64,000 nt of DNA from contig JAHLTZ010000019.1 of assembly GCA_025786725.1 (NCBI GenBank), forward strand, positions 372,001-436,000, written 5' to 3'. A program made the translations under genes and the position numbers. The stretch is from Syncephalis fuscata S228. Taxonomy: Eukaryota > Fungi > Zoopagomycota. The first letter of the stretch is position 1. The number at the start of each line of letters is the position of its first letter. The notes under the pieces are model-generated. The model was not told the DNA's origin. It searched no databases and saw only the letters and a list, made by a program, of their open reading frames with translations. Shown in pieces: positions 40,205 to 50,332 of this stretch.

Positions 40205-41431
40205 ATGGCCGATTCCAAGCTAGATACAATAATACCCGATATGGTAGAAACGATGCCTTCACGCCAATCCACAGATCTGTCTGCTTTATCTGCTAGTGCT
40301 GCCGCTACCAAGCTAGCATCACCAACCTTGGTGTCGAGTCCGGCATCGCCTACAACTATTACAACGCCAGTGGTGGCCAGCGGGTCAAATGTCGGCGGGT
40401 CAGGCGTGGCTAGCAACAATTTGCCGACCACCGCCACACAGCGTGTAACGCGTCCACCACAGGCCGGCGTAAAGACATCACTACCTGCCGGGTGGGGTGC
40501 GCCAACGATGCCTACTAGTCGTGCTGTATCACCAAATGGTACCCCTAACAATCAATCACCTCATCTTAATGGCACTTCATTGACATTGATGGCGAATAGA
40601 AAAAGCTTTGTAGGTGATGGCCGTACGGCTACTGCAATTGCACCACGCACGCTAAACGGTTTACAGAATCAACAGCAACAGCCATATACATCTACGGCAG
40701 CCAATGGTCATTCTTCTACATCGCTTCCGCGCTATAACACGCCGAATACGATGTCTTCTCCAGGCCTAACTTCTAACATGGGCCTTATTAATCCGCCATC
40801 GCTTGTTACATTTGGTTCACTGCGTATTCTAATCGCTGATGCGCCATCTGATCATACATTGCCTCTTTATGCAAAGGTAATGTCGCAAATCAAATACAAA
40901 GCTATAGCTATTAACAATTGTTATTGTTGTTATTATTATTTAGGAGTTTCAACGCTATAGTGTAACAGATGTTGTTCGTGTTTGCGATCCAACTTATCGC
41001 CGAGCTCGTTTGGAACAATTAGGCTATCGTGTACACGATTGGCCATTTGATGACGGTGATCCGCCACCAGATACCATTATTGAAAGTTGGCTAGCACTAT
41101 TGGATGAAACCTTTGGTGAAGAGCTGCCTACACCACGTAAAGAAAAGGAAAATATTGTTCCTAGCCAAGAACGATGCGTGGCTATCCATTGTGTGGCCGG
41201 ACTAGGACGGTAAGTAGTTACTAAATGTATGTATTTGTAATCAAAGCTAATAAATGGTATGCTACTAGAGCACCAGTCTTGGTGGCAATCGCCCTTATTG
41301 AACAAGGTATGTCACCATTAGACAGTGTTGCTTATGTACGAGAACGACGTCGTGGTGCTATTAATCAGCGACAGTTACGCTACGTAGAGCGTTATCGACG
41401 ACGGGCTCGTAAAGGATGCATTATTTGCTAG
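40205..41431 (+). CDS. PTP4A: PRL/PTP4A-type prenylated phosphatase with about 190-aa disordered N-terminal extension (3 exons)
   Basis: [69 protein letters not shown]; polybasic tail plus CaaX (RKGCIIC). Confidence 0.93.
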
Positions 41432-41564
41432 TTATTAGTACCATTTTATTCAATACTATTAAATAAAATTATTTAATACGATAAAACAAGTAATTTATTA
41501 TTACAAAGAGATCGTTCGTTCATTTAACCATCATTCAGCTGTTCTTTCAACGACGCCCCACAGC

Positions 41565-41900
41565 TTATATTTTAAATCCTAAAGCGCGTAAACATGCTTT
41601 ATGTGCTTCAATCTCCTTACTACACGCTTGTTCGTCTCCGGTACGTAACATACATTCATCGCGTAGCTTTTTTGTATCTGGACAGGAACAGCATGGCTTC
41701 AATGGTTTGCCATCCTTATCTAATGGCCGACCCGTTTCTGGGTCACGAAGAATAGCTGTGGCGGTAATTGTAGCAGAATTACGGTCATGGGATGTAGTAG
41801 ATTCGTTGGTCGATGGCAATAGCGGCTTTAAGTTGTTTACTTTAGCGTTCAAAGTAGTTGCCGGTTCCACACTGGCTGCTTTAACTGAAGATTGGCCCAT
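41565..41900 (-). CDS. COX17: Mitochondrial copper chaperone Cox17 with N-terminal extension
   Basis: [40 protein letters not shown] (CC copper site plus twin CX9C). Confidence 0.95.
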   Translation of the reverse strand: MGQSSVKAASVEPATTLNAKVNNLKPLLPSTNESTTSHDRNSATITATAILRDPETGRPLDKDGKPLKPCCSCPDTKKLRDECMLRTGDEQACSKEIEAHKACLRALGFKI

Positions 41901-42896
41901 AGTTAGTTGGGAGGAATGCTAGATTTGTTGGACGAAAAGTAAAAGAAGAGAAAGAGTGTCGTAATGACTGGTTACACGAGATTGAGCAAATTAATGTCGG
42001 GAGATATCGGACACCATTTAGTTCTGTATTACAGCGCCACCATTCTTTTTGCTAGCCACTAATGCTATAATGTTACTTTATACATGATTATAACTGCTAG
42101 ATAATAAGTTTGTGATTTTTGTTTATCTGCTACTATTGTAACTGTTCTACTATATAGATTTAAAGGTATGGTATTAGTATTATTGCTTATATGTATGTTA
42201 ATATAATTTGATTTGAATAATAAAGGTTTTATTAGAAGAAAGCAAGTTTAACAAATATTAGCAAAATAAGTAATAAATGATATCATATCATTATCGCTGT
42301 CATACAGTCTATTTTATTTACCATAATAATGTCATTTAATTATTCATTAATTATTCATTGTATTGTACATTATTCTATCATTTATTGCTTAAATACCATT
42401 GATAAACGTTATTTGTTTATTATTGATTGTGTTTGTTATAATTGTTAATCCATTTTGTCATTTTGATTACTCAATCATAAAACTATAGCTCTACCATTAG
42501 TATTAGTAGTATTACTATTATTCATTTTACTCTATTTTATGCTTTATTAACTAGTCTCTATTAATAAAAGTTATTTGTTACCACTAATTATATTATTTCT
42601 AATGTCAATTCGGTTCATCTAAACATGTGTGTCATTATTTTACTAGTAAAATAGTGATTATAATAAATAGTTAAATAAAAACTAATAAAAGTTAATTGAT
42701 CACCAAAAATAAAACACTATTTTAGAACATATTAATAATTTACTAATGATTGTATTTGTGTATAACAATTAATTTACACAACATATCAACCACTACACAC
42801 ATCATCATTACCGTCATTTATTGGTATTACTATCAGTATTAGTATTGTCATCATCTTCGTTACTATCATCTAGGCAATTATTGTAAACATTTCATC

Positions 42897-44254
42897 ATGA
42901 AGAAAAAGGTACGTTATAGCTAGAGATGATAGAACAATACAACAACTATAGTAGGTGCTATTGATGGGCAAGAGCGGTGCCGGCAAGACGTCAATGCGGT
43001 CGATTATATTTTCCAACTATATTGCCCGTGATACGCGTCGTCTAGGAGCTACTTGTAGGTGAATGCATAGGCAATTACCAGCTACACAGCTTGTAACTAA
43101 TATGGGACTTATTGACAGTGGATGTAGAGCACTCGCATGTAAGATTCCTTGGCAATCTTGTGCTTAATCTATGGGACTGTGGTGGGTAAGTAATATACAG
43201 GCTATTAGTAAAAGAGTGTAAAAATAAGCGTTAGTATTAATCAGTGTGTAGACAAGAAACATTTATGGAAAACTATTTTGTCAGTCAACGCGACCATATC
43301 TTTCGTAATGTTGAAGTGCTTATCTATGTATTTGACGTGGAAAACTGTGATGACCGCGACATGCACTATTATCAAAGCTGTCTAGAGGCGATCATGACAC
43401 ATTCAAAACATGCAAAAATATTCTGTCTCGTGCACAAAATGGACTTGGTACCGGAAGAAATGCGTAGCCAAGTATTTCAAGAGCGTTTAGATGAACTGCG
43501 TACCCGCTCAGAGCCATTGGAAATTACAGCATTTGCTACAACCATTTGGGATGAATCATTATTTAAAGTAAGTTTATATAATAATAGTAACAATAATAGC
43601 ACGATAGCATAACAATCATTCTATTTTATTAATAATTATAGGCCTGGTCATCTATTGTTTATACATTGGTGCCAAATGTTAATTTATTGGCATCGCATTT
43701 GAATAAGTTTTGTCGTGTTTGTGATGCTGACGAGGTTGTACTGTTTGAACGAGCAACTTTTCTAGTCATAGCACATGCATCGCAACGGCCTCATGCAGAC
43801 CATGCTCGCTTTGAAAAGATTAGCAGTATTATCAAACAGTTTAAACTAAGTTGCACGTAAGTAATAGAGTATATGATGCAAATTACATTTAAAACTATCT
43901 TTATCTAATATTGTTTATATGTGAATACACAGTAAGTTACAGACGCAATTTAAAAGTATGGAGATTCGTAAAGATGGATTTACAGCGTTTATCGATGCAC
44001 TGACAAGCAATACGTATGTTATGGTGATTATGTCGGACCCAACAATTGGTAAGTGTGGCCTATAGTTGTAGTAGATGGCAATAGTGCTAGGCACACGACA
44101 ATTGTCTGTGCACACACATAAACACCAATGAACGAACAAATTCACTGATGACTGGTATATATTTCGCACAAATATAGAATCGGCAGCTACTCAAATGAAC
44201 ATTGCCGTGGCTCGACGTCATTTTGAAAAATTAGAAGCCTCATCCGGCGTCTAA
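42897..44254 (+). CDS. GTR1: Rag A/B-type small GTPase Gtr1 (TORC1 amino-acid signalling), 7 exons
   Basis: MKKK|[41 protein letters not shown]|[35 protein letters not shown]. Confidence 0.96.
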
Positions 44255-44459
44255 TAAACAAAATAGGCATTAGTTTTATACCCATTTATTCATTCTTTTA
44301 TTTCATTTGCTCGTTCGTCGTTTGTTCGTGCATTGTTTATAAATACATTTAGCAGCTATGATACACTAGACTAGACTCGATTGTACACTTTATTTCCATG
44401 GCCAGTGCATGGCGTGGGTAATTTATACAGAAAAAAAGAGAAAATTTCTTTCTTTTCCA

Positions 44460-44600
44460 CCTTATGATTGGATCTCCGCTATGGGCGGTGATTGGCCTAA
44501 TGTAAAACTGTGATAGTTTAGCCAATGGCCGAGAACTGGCGTTGGGTGGTATAAAGGACGAGCTGTCCACCCGTGCCCACAAGCTCTTGCTTCTTCCCTT
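44460..44600 (+). promoter_or_regulatory. TEF1 core promoter: three CCAAT boxes, a GC box, TATAAA (44550) and a pyrimidine-rich start (about 44584)
   Basis: ATTGG at about 44467 and 44491, CCAAT at 44522, GGGCGG at about 44484, TATAAA at 44550-44555, CTCTTGCTTCTTCCCTT at 44584. Confidence 0.7.
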
Positions 44601-44943
44601 CGTTTCATTCACTCTTCGAAGTAGCACTCTCACATATATCTACGCTTGTAGTTAGTATCATCAGGTGTGTAATTGTCTATTGCTTGTTTTGCGTACTTGC
44701 GTGTGTGTATATGCATGTATACTGGATCTGTATGTTTGTATGAATCAGTATTTGCTGTTTATACGGATGTATGCATAGATGGATGGATGGATGGATAGAT
44801 GAACGTATATACGACTGTGATATGCTATCATCGGTGTTTTACGTAGATGGCTTGCAAATAAGCAAGCTATTAATGTGAAATACAGACAGATAGCATATAG
44901 ACAACATATGCATTTATTTACTCATTAGGCAGTCTATTCATGA

Positions 44944-45103
44944 GCATATGTGCAAATTTACTAGCATATAGGCAGATCTACTAGTATATGTGCAAATTTA
45001 CTGGCATATGCAGATCTGCCAGTAATGTGCAAGTTTACTGACATGTACATTCTAGTATATATGCAGTGTAGCATATATAGTCATTTTTACTAGCATTTAC
45101 TAA
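44944..45103 (+). repeat. Degenerate tandem array of a ~20-nt quasi-palindromic unit (GCATATGTGCAAATTTACTA) in the TEF1 5'-UTR intron
   Basis: Units at 44944, 44964, 44984, 45004 and about 45022, with decayed copies up to the branch point at about 45100. Confidence 0.85.
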
Positions 45104-45130
45104 TCTGCATTTGTTTGTTATTATTTAGCC

Positions 45131-46510
45131 ATGGGTAAAGATAAGACTCACGTTAACGTCGTCGTCATCGGTCACGTCGACTCCGGCAAGTCGACCACTA
45201 CCGGTCACTTGATCTACAAGTGCGGTGGTATTGACAAGCGTACCATTGAGAAGTTCGAGAAGGAAGCCGCCGAGTTGGGCAAGGGTTCTTTCAAGTATGC
45301 CTGGGTATTGGACAAGCTTAAGGCCGAGCGTGAGCGTGGTATCACCATTGATATTGCTCTCTGGAAGTTCGAGACCCCTAAGTACAACGTCACTGTCATT
45401 GACGCCCCAGGACATCGTGATTTCATCAAGAACATGATTACCGGTACCTCCCAAGCCGATTGCGCTATTCTCATCATTGCCGCCGGTACTGGTGAATTTG
45501 AAGCTGGTATCTCCAAGGATGGTCAAACCCGTGAACACGCTTTGCTCGCTTTCACCCTTGGTGTCAAACAGCTCATTGTTGCCATCAACAAGATGGACAC
45601 TGCCAAGTGGTCCGAAGACCGTTACAATGAAATCGTCAAGGAAACTTCCGGTTTCATCAAGAAGGTCGGTTACAATCCAAAGGCCGTCGCATTCGTCCCA
45701 ATCTCTGGCTGGCACGGCGACAACATGTTGGAAGCCTCCGAGAACATGGGATGGTTCAAGGGATGGAAGAAGGAGACCAAGGCTGGTGAGAAGAGCGGTA
45801 AGACCCTTCTCGATGCCATTGATCACATCGAACCACCAACCCGTCCAACCGACCGTCCTCTCCGTCTTCCACTCCAGGACGTCTACAAGATTGGCGGTAT
45901 CGGTACCGTGCCAGTCGGTCGTGTCGAAACCGGTATCATCAAGGCCGGTATGGTTGTAACTTTTGCTCCAGCCAACGTCACCACTGAAGTCAAGTCCGTT
46001 GAAATGCATCACGAACAGCTCGTCGAAGGTGTCCCCGGTGACAACGTCGGTTTCAACGTCAAGAACGTCTCCGTCAAGGATATCCGTCGTGGTAATGTTT
46101 GCTCTGACTCCAAGAACGACCCAGCCAAGGAAGCCGGTTCCTTCACCGCCCAGGTTATTGTCTTGAACCACCCTGGTCAGATCGGTGCTGGCTACTCTCC
46201 AGTTTTGGATTGCCACACCGCTCACATTGCCTGCAAGTTCGAACAATTGATTGAGAAGATCGATCGTCGTTCCGGCAAGTCCCTTGAAAACGACCCAAAG
46301 TTTGTCAAGTCTGGTGATGCCGCTATCGTCAAGATGGTTCCATCCAAGCCAATGTGCGTTGAGTCCTTCCAGGAATACGCTCCTCTCGGTCGTTTCGCCG
46401 TCCGTGATATGCGTCAAACCGTTGCCGTCGGTGTCATCAAGTCCGTCGAGAAGGTTGACAAGGCTGGCAAGACTACCAAGTCTGCTGCTAAGGCTGGTGG
46501 CAAGAAATAA
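45131..46510 (+). CDS. TEF1: Translation elongation factor eEF1A
   Basis: [45 protein letters not shown].. full-length 459 aa, strong C-ending codon bias; 5'-UTR intron 44665-45128. Confidence 0.99.
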   Translation: MGKDKTHVNVVVIGHVDSGKSTTTGHLIYKCGGIDKRTIEKFEKEAAELGKGSFKYAWVLDKLKAERERGITIDIALWKFETPKYNVTVIDAPGHRDFIKNMITGTSQADCAILIIAAGTGEFEAGISKDGQTREHALLAFTLGVKQLIVAINKMDTAKWSEDRYNEIVKETSGFIKKVGYNPKAVAFVPISGWHGDNMLEASENMGWFKGWKKETKAGEKSGKTLLDAIDHIEPPTRPTDRPLRLPLQDVYKIGGIGTVPVGRVETGIIKAGMVVTFAPANVTTEVKSVEMHHEQLVEGVPGDNVGFNVKNVSVKDIRRGNVCSDSKNDPAKEAGSFTAQVIVLNHPGQIGAGYSPVLDCHTAHIACKFEQLIEKIDRRSGKSLENDPKFVKSGDAAIVKMVPSKPMCVESFQEYAPLGRFAVRDMRQTVAVGVIKSVEKVDKAGKTTKSAAKAGGKK

Positions 46511-47045
46511 ACATCTTGCTTTGTTTTGTCTCTATGTCATTACTGTTCGTCTTTCTGCCTTCTTGTTTTTTTTCTCTGTTGATGTGTGACTACTCTACGC
46601 GTACATACTTGTTTGCGAGTGTTGTCTGTATCGTGGATTGCAAAACGTGTTGCAGTAATGGCGGTAGTTGTTTAAAGGTTAGCTTTAATCGTCGTAGCGC
46701 CTTTTTGTCGACGTATTTTTAAGCCTTTGTTTAAATACATTCCGCTACTCTTTAATTAACGTGTGCAAAATGATATTCTATTGGTATAATGTTGTTAATG
46801 TTTTATTGTGTACAAATTGGATTAATGGTAAATAAGTTGGTATTTATTATTACAATTGTTATTAATATCAATATTAGTACATGTTATTATAGTTGCATTT
46901 CATTAGTACTATTGTTATAATTATAGCATTTTTATTACTGCTAACTACTATTAATTTTTGATTAATATTTTATATTATTGCTATTTTTTATTCGCGCTTT
47001 GATTCCTCCGACTGTCGTAGACCATTAGTCGACACGCGTACCACT

Positions 47046-48073
47046 ATGTCGTTACGTCCAACAGCCACAGCGCTATTTGGCCAACTATTACGCACAGGTT
47101 GTTACCGTCAGGTAGGTATATAGTGAAATTAGCATACTAAACAGTAGGATCTAATCATTTTAACGATAGATCGCAGGTGCGGCTACGGCAAACCATGCAA
47201 TGGGGGCGCGCTTTTTGGCGACTGTTGCTGAAGCAACTGATCGCGAAGATAATGCAGTAGTACCAGAACTTGCGGTAGATTCTACTGAAGTTATGAGATT
47301 AGCACTTGTCGAAGCAGCGGCAAAACTTGCACCGCGTTATGAAGCAATACGCGCTAATCCATTTCCACCTAAAGTACAGGCCTGGATCCATGAATTCCAA
47401 ACGGCTCGTCCTTACACAATTGAAAAGCTAAATGCACGAATCTTTTCGGCACCACTACGTGTCGATCTTATGCATCGTGCCGTCATATGGCAACGCGATG
47501 GTATGCGTCAAGGCACGCATTCAACAAAAGGTATTAGCGATATTCGTGGTACAACACGAAAAGCTGCACCACAAAAAGGTGGTGGTCGTGCGCGTGTTGG
47601 CACATATCGTGCTCCACAATTCCGAGGTGGTAAGTTAATACACTTTAATTAAAAAAGTTAATAATAATAATAATAATAATTTTATTATAGGTGCAACGGT
47701 GTTTGGTCCACAGCCACGCGATCATAGTACAAAACTACAGCATAAGGTACAATTGGCCGCTTTGCGATCAGCATTATCAACAAAATATATGCAGGATGAA
47801 TTGATACTTGTTGATGCACTACAGTTAAATACGCACAAAACACGCGAATTTGTCGATCTTATCCAGCGACACAACTGGTCAAACAGATCAGTTTTATTAA
47901 CCACTGGTCGTGCAGATATTGATAAGAATTTGACCGCTGCATCTAAAAATCTACAAGCAGTGACGTGCACACTGGCCGACGATCTTGATGTCTATCGTAT
48001 GCTACAAAATGATCTACTTGTTCTGGATCGAACGGCAGTACGCGCACTTGAATCAAAGTTACAAGTGGATTAA
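47046..48073 (+). CDS. MRPL4: Mitochondrial ribosomal protein uL4m, 3 exons
   Basis: Presequence-like N-terminus; IFSAPLRVDLMHRAVIWQRDGMRQGTHSTK..PQKGGGRARVG..RAPQFRGG|ATVFGPQPRDHSTKL..ALRSALSTKY. Confidence 0.93.
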
Positions 48074-48104
48074 GTCATTTATTAACAATAAATCAAATAG
48101 CTAT

Positions 48105-50242
48105 CTAATCCCTATATCTATGTGATCGATGACGATGACGTGAAGGTGATCGGCTTGAATGCCTATCAGACGTGCGTCTACTTGTACTTGATCTAGTTCT
48201 TTTAGTAGACCGACTTGGTAGTGCATCCGTTGTTGAATGATAAGAACGAGATGTAGATGCTGTTGGTAATGTAGACGTTGACGTTGAAGTTATAGCCGTA
48301 CTAGCTGTTAAATACTCATTTAATGATTTGTTTCTAGTGTTCTTATTAGTATTTGGATTTCTATAAAAATGTAATAATTGGCATTGACTTTCTCCTTTAG
48401 CACATCCACCTGTTCGTTCATAACTGCCTATATATTATAAATACGCAATATAAACTATAAATACATTAATTGTAGATTCTATTATATGCCACATACCACA
48501 AATAGCCTCTTGCCAACTAGTTAAATGTATCAATTCAGGAAATAATCGCTTGCCAGCATACCAGCGACCGCGTAATTGCCGAACAGCACGGGCAGCATCT
48601 TCTTCCTCGTTATATTCGATATAGACATTACCGCGTAGATGGTCTACTTCATTGCGGCACACCTAAATGATTAAAAATTAAATTAATAAAAGTGAAAATA
48701 CTGGTTATTACTAGTAATTTGCCTTAAAGTGCTTTATAGTGCCGTATTTAACCAGCTCTGACATAATATCCGTATAAAAGTTTAGATAACGTTCTTCTTC
48801 TTCATCGTCGTCGTGCTATAAACAAATAAATAGTGTTAAGGTTATAGACATGCATATATAAATATATATATAAGGTTATTAACAAAGTATATCAATAGCA
48901 CTTCAAGGGATACAATAGCCAGCACCGTTATCTGACTCTGATAATAAACTGCTTGTCATACTGCGTTGCCGGCCATCAATGGATTTCTAAAATGGCAGCG
49001 CGACTCACCTCAAGAGCGTCGTCAAGGTCGGCCGGTAGAATACGTCTTTGTGGAGCAAATAGGCCGCGTAACAGTAATCGTTTTGAAGATGGTGGTGGTG
49101 GTGGATGACGTAAATTACATTGAAAGCCCAATCGACAAGCAGCTGTTTTAGTATACCATGGACATAATGCCTAATACAATTATATATATATATATATATA
49201 TATTAGCATTAACGCCATATTAACGTAGCTATTTAACCACTTACCGTTGATGATTCAATCGCCATTGCTTCATTTGACATTGTCTCTAAGGCTGTTGCTA
49301 CTGCTACTGCTGTACTTGACACGTTGGTCGGCAAATTAACACGACCTGGTTCAAATACATTTACTGTTCCTTGTCCACTGGGTATAATCTGACAGTTGCC
49401 ATCAGTTAATTGATATATCATTCGTAATATTGATATTGATATTTACCATAGGCTTTGGTATACTTGATGCCATTCGCTGTGTAATCATACGTGCCAATGT
49501 TTGATTCCATTCCATCTAGATTATAATCGATAAATAACTAAACAATTATACATTTTATCTACTACTTACCGCCGCTGTCGCCTCTTGTTGTTGTCGAGCT
49601 TGTTCAGCTTCCCGTCTGGCTTTATTGGCTTGTTCAATCTCTATTTCACGCATCTCCCATTGTTTCTTTTGCCGTTCACTATAATTATTAATGAATACAT
49701 GTAATATTTATAGATAAATACGCCAATACTTACTATTCAGCTTCTGCGTGTTCTTTCTCGATCTCTATTTGTTAAAATAGTTACATTAACGATATTTAAT
49801 TCAGTATATCGTAGTACATACTTTTGATTACTTTTAATGCAGGATTTGCTTCTATTTCTGCTTCCATTTGTTGTTGTCGTTGTTGTGCGCGTGCCTGTCG
49901 TTCAGTAGCCTCCTGGCGTCGCAGATCACGCCGACGAGCTAACTTGGCTGCATGTCGGAATTTGACACGCGATGTCCTTGAACAAGCAGTAGTAGCAGCA
50001 GCAGCAGTAATAGAATAGTCACCACCACTATTGCTTGCTGTTGGTTGCTGCTTATCAAGTGGCAGTGCCTCTTTGCCAATAGATCGTGTCTGCGCAACAG
50101 TAGGTAGCGCGCTATAACTATCCTCAATAGTTGCCCCTGTATGGTCAGTTGATATGGACCGAGTCGGTGATTCGGGCGTCCATGTTGGTTCCTTAGCTGT
50201 CTGACTCAACAACGGTACTTGCTGTTTGTGGGGACTGGTCAT
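48105..50242 (-). CDS. ZRSR2: ZRSR2/Urp, U2AF35-related CCCH-UHM-CCCH-RS protein of the minor (U11/U12) spliceosome, about 9 exons
   Basis: N-terminal charged coiled coil (KFRHAAKLARRRDLRRQEA), which U2AF1 lacks. CPWYTKTAACRLGFQCNLRH, NFYTDIMSELVKYG..HFK|VCRNEVDHLRGNVYIEY..GRWYAGKRL..SWQEAICG..C..CQLLHFYRNP, RS tail. Confidence 0.88.
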
Positions 50243-50332
50243 GACCACAAAGTCAAAGAATAAAAAGTAAAAGTTCGTTGTGACAGTTAAACGCAGCTTA
50301 TTCTAATTCCCTTTATTCTTCTATTTAACATC

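Noticed and set aside
41880-41900. N-myristoylation of Cox17 (MGQSSV)
   Set aside because: Weak match (no Ser/Thr at position 6) and no supporting context.
44944-45103. Repeat array as a CRISPR
   Set aside because: Eukaryotic intron, no unique spacers, no cas genes.
45125-46417. 430-aa antisense ORF over TEF1
   Set aside because: Shadow ORF caused by the strong codon bias of eEF1A; no recognisable protein features.
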